A DNA stretch of 41,441 nt, taken from the NCBI RefSeq assembly GCF_000372725.1, contig NW_005201202.1, forward strand, positions 310,001 to 351,441, in the 5' to 3' direction. Positions within the stretch are counted from its first letter, which is position 1. Each line of letters begins with the position of its first letter. The stretch comes from Emiliania huxleyi CCMP1516. Taxonomy: Eukaryota. Positions 1-9,790 of the stretch are shown here, piece after piece. The position numbers were made by a program, and so were the translations under genes. The notes beneath the pieces are model-generated. The model was not told where the DNA came from, did not search any database, and saw nothing but the letters and a program-made list of their open reading frames with translations.

Positions 1-864
1 GAGAGCGCGCGCGTATGCATGTAGATGTGTAGGCCTCTGGCCACTACACGGCCGGAGCCGCGTCCTCGGTCTGTGGTCATGATCGAAAAAGAGGTGCGCG
101 TGGCGCGTGGCGGGGGCGTGCCCGCGCGGCCGCGGTGCGCGCGAGACCGAGAGGGTGTCCGCGGGACCGCGCGGGCGCGCGCCGCGCGAGAGAGCGAAAA
201 AGAGAGAGAGCAGAGACGAGTCAGAGCGGAGCGGAGTGAGAGACCCCGACCGCGCGAGACCGCGCCGCGTGACCACAAAAAGTCCACGTGACTCGTGACG
301 ATGTGCACCGTTTCATCGACCGCACGAGGATCACGACCACATGGGTGCGCACAGCCACAGGGCTCGTAACCCCTTCTCGTTCTCGGGCGAGAGGGGCCCG
401 GGGCCACACGCACAGCACACGCACCGCCAACGCAAGTGGACAGCGCGAGAGCGCGACAAGGATGTGTGTATGTGACTGGTGTGTGATGTAATAAATAAAT
501 AAAACGGACACCTCTACTAGGGGAGATGGGTAAAAAGGAACAGGTCCCCGCCCGTGCGATCTTTGTGCAGGCTTCTTTGTTGATGTATGTAAGAGCCGGA
601 TGCTTAGGCCGGATGAAGAATACCGCAGATCGGACCGGCGCCGATCGAGAGTTAACAGCGGCAAAACAGCGGCAACAAAACTAAATCACAGAGTGTGGGG
701 GGGCCAGCTAGGTAGGGGGCCAGAGGGGGGGCCCGCCGGCTGAGAATTCTTTTCGCTTGTGTTACGTGCCAGTCCACGCCCCCCCCCTTGCCGTGTCAGT
801 GTGCACACAGAGAGGCTTAAATTCTAAGAATTCTTTTCCTGCCAGTGCTGTGAGAGAGGCTTGT

Positions 865-2060
865 ACTTGGAGCACTTGGGGAGTGCAGTCATTAACCTCA
901 CACCCAGGGCCGGGGTGCGGGGAGCTAAGAAGCGCACCCAGGAGCGCTCCAGCGCGGGCCTGGGCCCCCTGGCTTTAAAGGGTGGGCCCTGGGGCGCCTG
1001 CGGCTTAAACGGCTTAAAACCTGCCCGGGCAGGTTTTAAGAGCTGCTGGGCCGCCGCGATTCCTTAAACGGTCTTCGCCCTTTTACGTACACATTTCGAG
1101 CGAGTGAAAACCAACTCCTGAGCACGGCGCCGCAGGCGCCTGTTGATAGGTCCAGGTGATAGCCCTGGATGGGCAATGCATTCGCCTACTTGGGCCTCAG
1201 ATCGCCCGACCGCGTCCCGGTGCTCTGTGGTCGGATTTGTGACGCCGCCGCACCGCGCCGCGGCCGGGGGCCCGCCGGAGGACGAGGATGGCCGTGACGG
1301 ACCGGGACGAGCTCTGGGAGGTTCAGTGTCAGTGAGTATATTGAAGAGACTGACCATGTGCACAATATCTTGACTGAGAGCTAAGCCAGGGGAGGCGATG
1401 CCGGGGCCGTACAGCAGCTTAATGGTGCTTCGCCGGCGTAGAAGCGGCCGCGGAGGGCTCCGGGTGCCTGAAAAAGACGAGTTACGTGGGCTGTGGGAGA
1501 GTTACTGTCGACTCAAACGACACTGTGGCGTGATCCTCTCATATATGGCTAAATAATTGACCGAGCCGTTTTAAAGTTCCACCGCTACGACTGGAGATAT
1601 ATCGAGATTTGGTCACCATGTCCATGACCCTTATGACGCGAAAGGGTTAAACGCTTAAAAGGTGCGGGAGAGCTCCCGAGGTCGATGGTCCGGGAGGCTC
1701 CCCCGGTAGACGCCGGAGGCCGGGAAGCTGGCTACAGTCAGCTAGCACGCGTCCCCTGCGAGTATGGCTCCTGCCAGTGCACCAGACTTACAGATGTGTC
1801 TTCAGAGGCGGGTTTGTGCCTAATTTTTGCAGTAACCAGTATTGGAGAAACGGCGACAAATGCCGGTGAGGCCGATTTTCTTAAACGGTCTTAAAAGAGG
1901 GACCCCCCGCGCCTGCAATCTCTTAAATGGCAATTTAAGCCCCCAAACCTCCTCATTTCTTAAAAGCTCTTTAAAAAATCCGGCCCTCAGAACCCTAGGG
2001 GTCCCCTAAGCGCTAAGGCGCGGGCCGGATGGGGTTGCGGGCTAGAGAGCCCAAGCCCTG
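865..2060. mobile_element. Degenerate or nested non-autonomous element cluster, TTAA-rich
   Basis: 865-941 and ~2003-2052 align to the reverse complement of 18610-18737 (ACTTGGAGCACTTGG..CCTCACA.CCAGG.CCGGGG..AGCT.AGAAGCGCACCCAG; GGCCGGAT..CGGGCTAGAGAGCCC). TTAA words are dense at ~970-1070 and ~1875-1980. CTTAAACGGTCTT occurs at 1063 and 1880. No credible ORF. Confidence 0.55.
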
Positions 2061-2186
2061 GGGGGGCCGGGGTGCGCGTTCGCAGGCATGCATTTTACGA
2101 ATTATTTTTCGCCAGTCTCGTGCCTAGTGTCGTAGAGTTGCCTGGCAAAGGTTCGATTCTAGAATTTTTTTGTCGGCGCGCCTCAT

Positions 2187-3230
2187 ATGGACGCGCGAAC
2201 CACCGCTGCCCTCCGCAGTCGGGACGCTCGCATCCGCGAGCAGAACATCCAGCTGAGCGAGCAATACGCGCAGCTGAGCCAGCAGCAGGCCGAGGCAGTG
2301 GCCGAGCGGCGCCAGCACGCCGAAGAGGCGAGCCAGCTGGTGAGGCGCAACGTTCGCCTCGTGAAGCGCGTCAACGAGCTCGCACGGGCGAGAGAAGAAG
2401 CGGAGCGCAGCGCATTCGAGCTTCGAGCTGAGCTGCAGCGAGTTACCGAGCTGTACCACAATACGGAAGAACTCGCCGAGTCGCTCGATCGCCGCCTGCG
2501 GGTCGACGACGTCCCTGACCTGGACGAGACGCGGTACGACGCTGCCGCGACGCCGACTCGCACGCTCGTGGGCTTGGAGGAGGGACTGGACTCACCTGCT
2601 GAGCCGCCCGCCACGCCGAGCTTCTCCCTGCCGACGCGGCCGCTGCGCACGTTTCAGCGCCGCGGCGGCCTCCACGCACCAGCTCTGTCACTCCTCTCGC
2701 CTCTCGTCGAGTGCAGCACGGGCGGCACGGCAGGCACGGCAGACGTGCTCAGTCCGATTCGGCCGGCCGCCGCCGCTACTCGGAGGGGGCGCCCGCTTCA
2801 CTCGCCTCTGAGCGAGCCGCGCCGGAGCAAAGAGGCGTTGCCCTCGCCGCTGCACGACCTGGCCGCCGTGCCGTCTGCAACCATTGACCTGGCGCCAGCA
2901 AGCCGCTCTTTGCGCCTGCCCTTCACTCCGTCCAAGGCGGCGCTCTCAGCCCTGGCCGGGACCACCGTGCCGGCAACTGCAGAGGCACGGGTCCAGGTAC
3001 TCGCCGACCAACGCCAGTCGGTTGGCCAGTCGCACCCTCGAGCGGTCGTCGCTCCACCACGCAAGGCAGCGAATGGAAGAGCAGGAGAGCCCTCCCTGGG
3101 CTCAACGGCGGGCCTGCGTGAAGTCAATCGAAACCTATCCGGCGGTTCCCCAAAGGGGGTCGCCTTTCAGTTCCTCACCGCGTCCGAGAGCGAGCAAGAC
3201 CGGTTGGCCGGGCGACTCTTCGGGCGTTGA
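2187..3230 (+). CDS. Hypothetical protein with N-terminal coiled coil and S/T-P-rich disordered tail
   Basis: 347-aa ATG ORF preceded by an AT-rich tract. Residues ~10-105 are E/Q/R/L-rich and heptad-like. No family recognised. Confidence 0.65.
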   Translation: MDARTTAALRSRDARIREQNIQLSEQYAQLSQQQAEAVAERRQHAEEASQLVRRNVRLVKRVNELARAREEAERSAFELRAELQRVTELYHNTEELAESLDRRLRVDDVPDLDETRYDAAATPTRTLVGLEEGLDSPAEPPATPSFSLPTRPLRTFQRRGGLHAPALSLLSPLVECSTGGTAGTADVLSPIRPAAAATRRGRPLHSPLSEPRRSKEALPSPLHDLAAVPSATIDLAPASRSLRLPFTPSKAALSALAGTTVPATAEARVQVLADQRQSVGQSHPRAVVAPPRKAANGRAGEPSLGSTAGLREVNRNLSGGSPKGVAFQFLTASESEQDRLAGRLFGR

Positions 3231-3524
3231 GAAGATCCTGATGGAGAGCTGTCAAGCGGTGGGGCGGAACAGTTTGCGGGATGCAGCGCTCAACGCCGCA
3301 AGCTTTTCTTTTGCAGCGCGAGGAGGACTCTGGACAGCAGGTGGAGCAAGGCTGTCTGTGTGAGACTGAGTGAGAGCCCGGCGGCCGCGCGCGCGATGGC
3401 CCGCCCGGCCGCCGCGCACGCGAAGCCGCCCCCCACCCCGGGACCGACACTTCGCACGCAGAGACCAGGCTTCCAGAGCTCTTGGCGACAGCGATCGGCG
3501 TACCCGTGGCGGTACCGTGTATGT

Positions 3525-3600
3525 TTTCTGTCTGTCTCGGCTGATCTGTCTGTCCTTCCTTCTCGCTTCTGTCTGTCTGTCTGTGTGTGTGTGTGTGTGA
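3525..3600. repeat. (TCTG)n/(TG)n microsatellite
   Basis: tctgtctgtctgtctgtgtgtgtgtgtgtgtg and adjacent TCTG units. Confidence 0.85.
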
Positions 3601-3800
3601 ATGTGACATTCATTTGAAATTCATGAGGACTCGGTGGCAGCGAGCTCCAACATCCATTGCTCGGAGATGAAGCCCTCGCCTCCGACCTTGACCATGCGCC
3701 TGCCAAAACGGCGATTGCCATGCCACGGCACAGCCGCAGCCGCCGGCGGGCACGGCAGTTCCAAGCGCGAACTTCACGACGACGGGCGCAGACGACCGGC

Positions 3801-4834
3801 ATGGGTGCCGCGGCGAGCAGCGGCAGCGGGCGCAGGTCCGGACGGCGCCGAGAGAGTCAGCCATCTACCTTCACGTCGCTGCTTCGGCGGTGCCTCTGCC
3901 TCCCCGAGAAGCCGACACAGCGGCAGAGGCGGCCGCTGGTCCTCCGCGGGAAGGGTTCTCGCAAGGCAGAGCGGGACCGGAGGGGAGGGACGGGGAAGGC
4001 GACGGCCGAGGAGAAGGAGTCGCTCACAGGTGGCCGTGGACGAAGCGTGCGCCATGCGCCCCAGGCAGAGATGAGCAAGCCCCTTCGCCGCGCAGCCGTT
4101 AAGGCGAGCACGCCCGCGCTGGCCCGCATGCCATCCCGCCCGCGCGAGCATTCCTGTCTTGATCGCAGGAGTGCAGCGACAACGATTCGGGCGTGTCGAT
4201 CACCCTCCACTCTCAGATTCGGAGCCACGCCATTTCGAATCAGCCGGGGGCTCACGCATCGTTCGGAAACGAGGAGCGTCCGATGCTGGACGAGCGGCCG
4301 GCAGAGGGCGACGAGGCGATGAGCATGGTTGGAAGACCAGTGCACACGATGAGCAGCAAGTGGAAGCGCAGCTCCGGGGGCGATGATGCGATGACCTTGG
4401 TTGGCCGTCCCCTCTACCCCGCCGCCCGGACCGACGGAGACGACTTAATGAGCATGGTTGGGCGGCCTCTTCACGTCTCGGGCAACAGGTGGAACATCTC
4501 GACCGGCCCGACCTCTGAGCCTGTGCCTATCAGCGCGCTCGATGCCGACGAGGCGGACGAGGGGTATTTTGACGAGGCTGATGAGGCCGCTGCACGTGAC
4601 GAGTCCGTTGCCCGGGCCGACTGCCTTGCTCGTGATGGTGCCTGCGCACTTGAGATTGCGCAAGGCGAGGCATGGGGTGTGCAGATGCAGGTGTCGGCGG
4701 GCCTGGGCAAGTACCACGCCGCAATGGCTGCGGCGCGCGAGGAAATCAACCTCGCGACGCGTGACGTTGGCCGGGTCGGCCCCGCGACCGGGCGCAAGTT
4801 CAGGCGCTGCGTGTACGACACAGAGCTGGAGTGA
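3801..4834 (+). CDS. Hypothetical 322-aa protein with a predicted N-myristoylation motif; exons 3801-4103 and 4169-4834
   Basis: ATG at 3801 gives MGAAASSG. A 65-nt GC-AG intron (AAG|GCGAG at 4104, CGCAG| at 4168) joins ORFs 3657..4322 and 4193..4834 in frame (RRAAVK|ECSDNDSGVSITL). Confidence 0.65.
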
Positions 4835-5137
4835 CTTACATTTGTCGAGAAGGTGGTTGCGCAACCAAGTCTCGCTGTCTCTCCTCAGAGCAGCATCTCA
4901 ATGGACGGGCACCGTGGAGTGAATCTTGGAGGCGGTGCAAAGCATGCTGCGATCACCCAGTCCTGTGTCTGAGGTGTGTGAGTTGTATGTCTTGGTTTTC
5001 TTGCCGGCGCACACATACCTCATACGGCTTTTTACCGAGCGTTATTTGCGCGCCTTCTCTCTGACTCTCTATAGGCCACCCTTAGACGCGGCTGTCCGGC
5101 CTGTTGCGTCCTTTCCACACTTTAACCCCCAGCCGTG

Positions 5138-7975
5138 CTATCTACTAATCGGCGGCAACGGTGGTTTTGGTGGTGGGAGCCTCTGGAGCAAGCCCTCAGC
5201 CTCCTCGTCCGCAGCCGAGGGCGCCGGCCCCGGGTCAGGCGCTACTTTCGCAGTGCTTCGCGCTGCTGCGTCTGACCCACTCCCAACGGCCTCTTCCGCC
5301 ACCTTGATGCCCAGCTTCTCTTTCCTTCGGTCGCACACGTAAATTGTATCCATCGACACGGCCAGCACCTGGCAGGTGGAGGACGTGATAAAGAAGGCGA
5401 GCAGGAAAACAAGAACGCCAGCATAGACTGGTGAGTACTCGGCGACGTAGTCTGGCAAACTCTGCAAATAAAAGAAGGCGCTCACAGCGCAGCCAATGGG
5501 CGTGGTGAGCCCGATGAGCAAAAGAAGCAAGCGCTGAAGCACGGCATTGACGATGGTCTGAGCGCCCAGTAGACCAAATGCCTTCTTGCAAGACCAGCAA
5601 AAGCCGTCCCCCTCGACCGCCACGTAGATGAAGCCGTAAAATGAGATGAACGAGACCGTCTTGGTGATGCAGTACACGCAGCACTGCAAGCACTTGACAA
5701 CGAGCTTGAGCAGTCGTTGCCGCTCAGAGGCGCCGCTTTTCTCGACCACGTATTCTAGCGCCTGCAGTGCAAGCTGCAGCAGGTTGCAGATGGCGATGAC
5801 GCCCGCGCCAAACGCCATGGAGCCGAGATGTCGAGACAGCACCGTCCACAGCGACGAGCCGATGGCGCACAAACCGAGAGACGGGCACCCCCTGCAGCAT
5901 GGCTTGGCGGGATGCCGAATCTGCTCGGCGTACCAGGCCGCAACGACACCGGCCATGGTGGTCCAAGCAACAGCGCGCACCGTCACGATAAACCAAAGGG
6001 TGAGGAACAGATGGATCACCACGAGCGTGGCCCTCGCCCCGAGGCCCCGCTCCTCCCAGGCGTAGTAGATGAAGTAGAGGCCGAGGACACCGTAAGTGAG
6101 TAGCGCCGACTGCGCCAGCATCCGGCCGAGGGGAAAGAAGATGATGGCCACCGCAGACTTGAAGATCTTGGTGCACCGCCGCAGCACGCTGATGAGTTTT
6201 TGGATGTAGCGGGCGCACAGGATCAGCACAATCACATTGATGGCAACGAGGATGATCTGAGCGACAGCGAGGATCGTCCAGAGTGTTTGCGCTTCCCCGG
6301 ACGCCGCCGTGGTGTAGGCGGAGGTGCCGTTGTACACAGAGTCGAGCGAGGACTGGGCAGACTCTAGCAGGTCGGACGTCGACAGGCTGATGCTGGTCCC
6401 GTTGAGGGCGTCATCGAGCGCATCGGCTGCGGCGTCGAGCCAGCCCGCCCGCAAGGCGAAGTAGATGGCGAGCAGAATCATGAACAGCACCTCGGCAATA
6501 ATCAGACCGACGATGACGGGGCCAGCAAAGAGCCACAGAAAGAGGGGCCAGACGAACGCGAGGGCCAGAGGCACCGCCACTCCAAACACGAGGAGGGCCA
6601 CCAGTCCATCGCCTGTCCCCACGCCCTCCACCGCGCTCACAGCGCTGCTAATTGCTCCCGACAATGTCGCCAGATAGGCAGCGGACTCGTCGGTGCGGTC
6701 CACGGGCCGGTATGTGCGAGCGTCGTTCATCGCAAGCTCCAGGTCACATGCATTGCGCTGCTCGGAGCAGTCCGCGTCAGGCGTACCGTCCGCGCAGAGC
6801 TGCCAAGCAGAGCTAGTCTTACTTAATGGCTCGCCGCCGCTGCTGCTGTCATCGGGCGGTGGCAGCAACGGTGGCGGCGGCGATGGAGGCGGCTGCGAGG
6901 GCGGCGGCGGCAATGGTGGCAGCAGTGGGGGCGGTAGAGACGGCGGAGGCTTGGTGGGTGGCGGCGGTGCCGGTGGCGGCGGCGAGGGAGGGGGAAGTCC
7001 AGGCTGAGGTGGCGATGGCGGCGGCGGTGAAGGAGGGAGAGATGGCGCTGGAGGGAGCACGGGCGGTGGGAGCAATAGCGGCGGCCGCGAGGGCAGGGGT
7101 GTTGAGGGCGGGGGCGCTGAGGGTGATGGCGATGGCGGCGGCGGTAAGGGCGGCGGCGGTGATGGCGGCGGCGGTAAGGGCGGCGGCGGTGAGGGCGGTG
7201 GAGGTGAGAGCGGCAGCAGTGGCGGCGACAGGGACGGCGGGGGCAAGGTGGGCGGCGGCGGCGGCGGCAGTGGCGATGGCGGTGAGGGAGTCGGGACCAC
7301 CACATCCTCCTCCGCATCTGGCGCGTAGCACGCAACGAGGCCACCGAGCGAGCTGACCAAGGCAGGATCGGTGCAGTTCGGAGATACGCAAAGCGCGACG
7401 GCGGCGAGCGCCTCTGCGGTCTGCGTCGGGAAGCAACGCGACGCGATCGAGGTGGTCGCATACGGGTAGAGCAGCTCGATCACCCCCTCACCGTCGGAGG
7501 TTGGGTATTCTGTGCCCCCGACGACAGTTGGCTTGTTAAGATCGAAGGTCTCTGGGCACGAGCTCACGCAGAGTCGCTCTGGATTGAATGCCCATATCGC
7601 ACCAGAGGCGAGTGTTGCGCTCTGGCTGATGATATCGGACTCGAGCCGCGGGTAGATGACGGCCGCCATGTCCTCGACTGCGGTACCCGGCTTGCCACAG
7701 AAGTTGCCGTGCGAGTCGCTTGGATATATAAGGGCCTCGAGCAACGTCGGATCGCGCCGTATAGAAGCGTACGTGAGGGCCGCAGAGAGACCAAGGCCGG
7801 CTGCGAAAAGAGCGAGGCAGAATACGTCGGTGCACCAGCGTTTGCTGCGAGGCTCGAAGAGTGGCTCCTTCTTTTCGTCACCCGGCTTTGCATCCGTCGG
7901 ACTGACGTCTTTCTCCTTCTCACTAATCGCACCGTCCTCTCTCTCGGAGCAACACGAGCAACGGCGGCACGCCAT
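5138..7975 (-). CDS. Choline transporter-like protein (CTL/SLC44 family) with a polyproline insertion
   Basis: 945-aa ORF with the family motifs RWCTDVFCL, YPSDSHGNFCG, HLGSMAFG, CLQCCVYC and YGFIYVAVEGDGFCWS, and about 10 hydrophobic segments. Confidence 0.9.
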   Translation of the reverse strand: MACRRCSCCSEREDGAISEKEKDVSPTDAKPGDEKKEPLFEPRSKRWCTDVFCLALFAAGLGLSAALTYASIRRDPTLLEALIYPSDSHGNFCGKPGTAVEDMAAVIYPRLESDIISQSATLASGAIWAFNPERLCVSSCPETFDLNKPTVVGGTEYPTSDGEGVIELLYPYATTSIASRCFPTQTAEALAAVALCVSPNCTDPALVSSLGGLVACYAPDAEEDVVVPTPSPPSPLPPPPPPTLPPPSLSPPLLPLSPPPPSPPPPLPPPPSPPPPLPPPPSPSPSAPPPSTPLPSRPPLLLPPPVLPPAPSLPPSPPPPSPPQPGLPPPSPPPPAPPPPTKPPPSLPPPLLPPLPPPPSQPPPSPPPPLLPPPDDSSSGGEPLSKTSSAWQLCADGTPDADCSEQRNACDLELAMNDARTYRPVDRTDESAAYLATLSGAISSAVSAVEGVGTGDGLVALLVFGVAVPLALAFVWPLFLWLFAGPVIVGLIIAEVLFMILLAIYFALRAGWLDAAADALDDALNGTSISLSTSDLLESAQSSLDSVYNGTSAYTTAASGEAQTLWTILAVAQIILVAINVIVLILCARYIQKLISVLRRCTKIFKSAVAIIFFPLGRMLAQSALLTYGVLGLYFIYYAWEERGLGARATLVVIHLFLTLWFIVTVRAVAWTTMAGVVAAWYAEQIRHPAKPCCRGCPSLGLCAIGSSLWTVLSRHLGSMAFGAGVIAICNLLQLALQALEYVVEKSGASERQRLLKLVVKCLQCCVYCITKTVSFISFYGFIYVAVEGDGFCWSCKKAFGLLGAQTIVNAVLQRLLLLLIGLTTPIGCAVSAFFYLQSLPDYVAEYSPVYAGVLVFLLAFFITSSTCQVLAVSMDTIYVCDRRKEKLGIKVAEEAVGSGSDAAARSTAKVAPDPGPAPSAADEEAEGLLQRLPPPKPPLPPISR

Positions 7976-8118
7976 GATGCGACAACCGTCGCATGTGTAA
8001 CCGTGGGAACTTCGGCATACACTGAGAAAGAAGAGAAAATGAAACTCAGGTGCGCGAGTAGGCGTCCAGAGAATTCTTTCTGTCCCGTTCCAATCCCAAT
8101 GTGCCCGCCGCGGTGATC

Positions 8119-9435
8119 ATGGCGCTACGCGAGCTGCCAACAACATGCACGGTCGTGGTTGGGTTGGAGTCCTCAGGCACGCGATATGTCGCACGCGAGC
8201 TCTCCCGGCTGCTCGGGGACAACTGCACTGCCGGAAGGCAACCAAAAGGACCCCGCGCCTCCGCTTGGAGTGCAGCGGGGTGTGCTTGGGACGGTGAGAG
8301 GCCGCCGTGCTGGGAAGGTCCCGATCGGCAGGTGGTACAGCATGTCTCGCTACCTTTCGGCGGCTTCTGCGGCTCGGGGACCGCGTACGTGTTGCAGCGT
8401 ACCTCCATCTGTCACGGGAGCACGGAGGCCGGTCGATGGTTCCTCAACCTTTCTTCTCACCTTGATCAAAGCAATTGCCGGGCGGTGGTGGTGACGCGTG
8501 AGAAGGTCTTCACCCGTATCAGCAAGGTTACCCAGCACTGCCGCACCGATGTGCAGAGGAATCGCTCGGCCACTCTAGCAGCCGCCAACGCGAGCACCAA
8601 CCTCTCCGCCGCCAAGGTGGCCGCAGTGCGAAGCCTGCGCAGCGACGCGGTGCGAGAGGAGGAAATTGGGAGGCAAATCCTGCGGGAGGCGATGGCCAGC
8701 GCTCCCGATCGCATCTTGGTCGTGCCGTACGACGAGCTGGAATGGTTGCGGGAGCACCATTGGGGTCGCATTGGGATATTCGTCAGGGGCGCACCATTCA
8801 CGGCCGGGTTGCCCAGATTCCGGAGCGCAAACAGAAAATGGCTGATTGGCGGCAGGCAGCGTATGGACGACATGTTGGAACTCTCGGCGCCGCTCAGAGA
8901 ATCTGGCATCATCAGCTCGGCAGACTTGCAAGCGCTTCCTCGACGGCCACCGACGCGCAACAGCAGCAGCATCCAGCGTCGAGGGTCCCCACTCGCCAGG
9001 TTTGGGCGACAGCACGTGCCAACTAGGAGGGTGAACGTGAGTAGAGCGCGCGGCCTGTCTCACCGCAATCACCTCGTCGCAGTGCGGCTCATGGTTGGAA
9101 ACATCAGCGAAGCTACTGTTTCTCGGCGGTCCACAGGGGCCGCCTTGAGGCGGTGGAAGGATCTCAGCAGCGAGGCTGCGACGGTGTCTGCCAAAGCAAG
9201 GGCGGCTCAGGCAGCCGCGACAATGCTGTCGGGGTGGCTAAGGCAAAAGCGGCTCAGGGCTCGGTCGGAGATCATTGCTGCGAGTGGGCAGCTGAACTTG
9301 AGCCATTCTGATTTGGTTGGGTTGACTGACGCGGTTGCAGATTCGCCAGTGATTAGCCGTGCCTCGGTGAGACTTGCACTCGAGCGCGTAAAGTCTGGAC
9401 GACAGCGCCAGACAAAGCAGCGCTCGCTGGTGTAG
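8119..9435 (+). CDS. Sulfotransferase-like P-loop protein with a basic C-terminal extension
   Basis: First ATG at 8119. VVVGLESSGTRYV resembles the 5'-PSB (GxxxSGT) loop, and ILVVPYDEL resembles the YEDL motif of sulfotransferases. Confidence 0.55.
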   Translation: MALRELPTTCTVVVGLESSGTRYVARELSRLLGDNCTAGRQPKGPRASAWSAAGCAWDGERPPCWEGPDRQVVQHVSLPFGGFCGSGTAYVLQRTSICHGSTEAGRWFLNLSSHLDQSNCRAVVVTREKVFTRISKVTQHCRTDVQRNRSATLAAANASTNLSAAKVAAVRSLRSDAVREEEIGRQILREAMASAPDRILVVPYDELEWLREHHWGRIGIFVRGAPFTAGLPRFRSANRKWLIGGRQRMDDMLELSAPLRESGIISSADLQALPRRPPTRNSSSIQRRGSPLARFGRQHVPTRRVNVSRARGLSHRNHLVAVRLMVGNISEATVSRRSTGAALRRWKDLSSEAATVSAKARAAQAAATMLSGWLRQKRLRARSEIIAASGQLNLSHSDLVGLTDAVADSPVISRASVRLALERVKSGRQRQTKQRSLV

Positions 9436-9790
9436 TGTGTTCTCAAGACTCAAGTGTCAAGATAAAACTCTGTGGCGTGTCTTCGAGCGCTCGCGGCCGG
9501 TGGGACGGCGTTTGTTTGTTTTTAAATTAGAAGGTGCGTACCTAGGTACTCTAGTACTCGAGCCTCGAGGACCAAAATCCACAGTCTGGGATTTCGCGCA
9601 ATCACTTGATTCTGAAAAGCTCCGCGAGTGTCCCGTTCCGTTTTCTCACACATCCATAAACTCACTTTGGCCTCACTGAAGCGATGCCTCAATCCTTAAT
9701 CCTCGGATTTTAGATTAGGACGCACCGCACCCTCATTTAAATCAAAGTCCGCGCGATCGTCCAGTTCCGTCACGTGAGGCATCGCACAAC

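Noticed and set aside
1630..1650. piggyBac-like end (GCGAAAGGG|TTAA)
   Set aside because: No matching TTAA|CCCTTT partner end found in the window, so no element could be delimited
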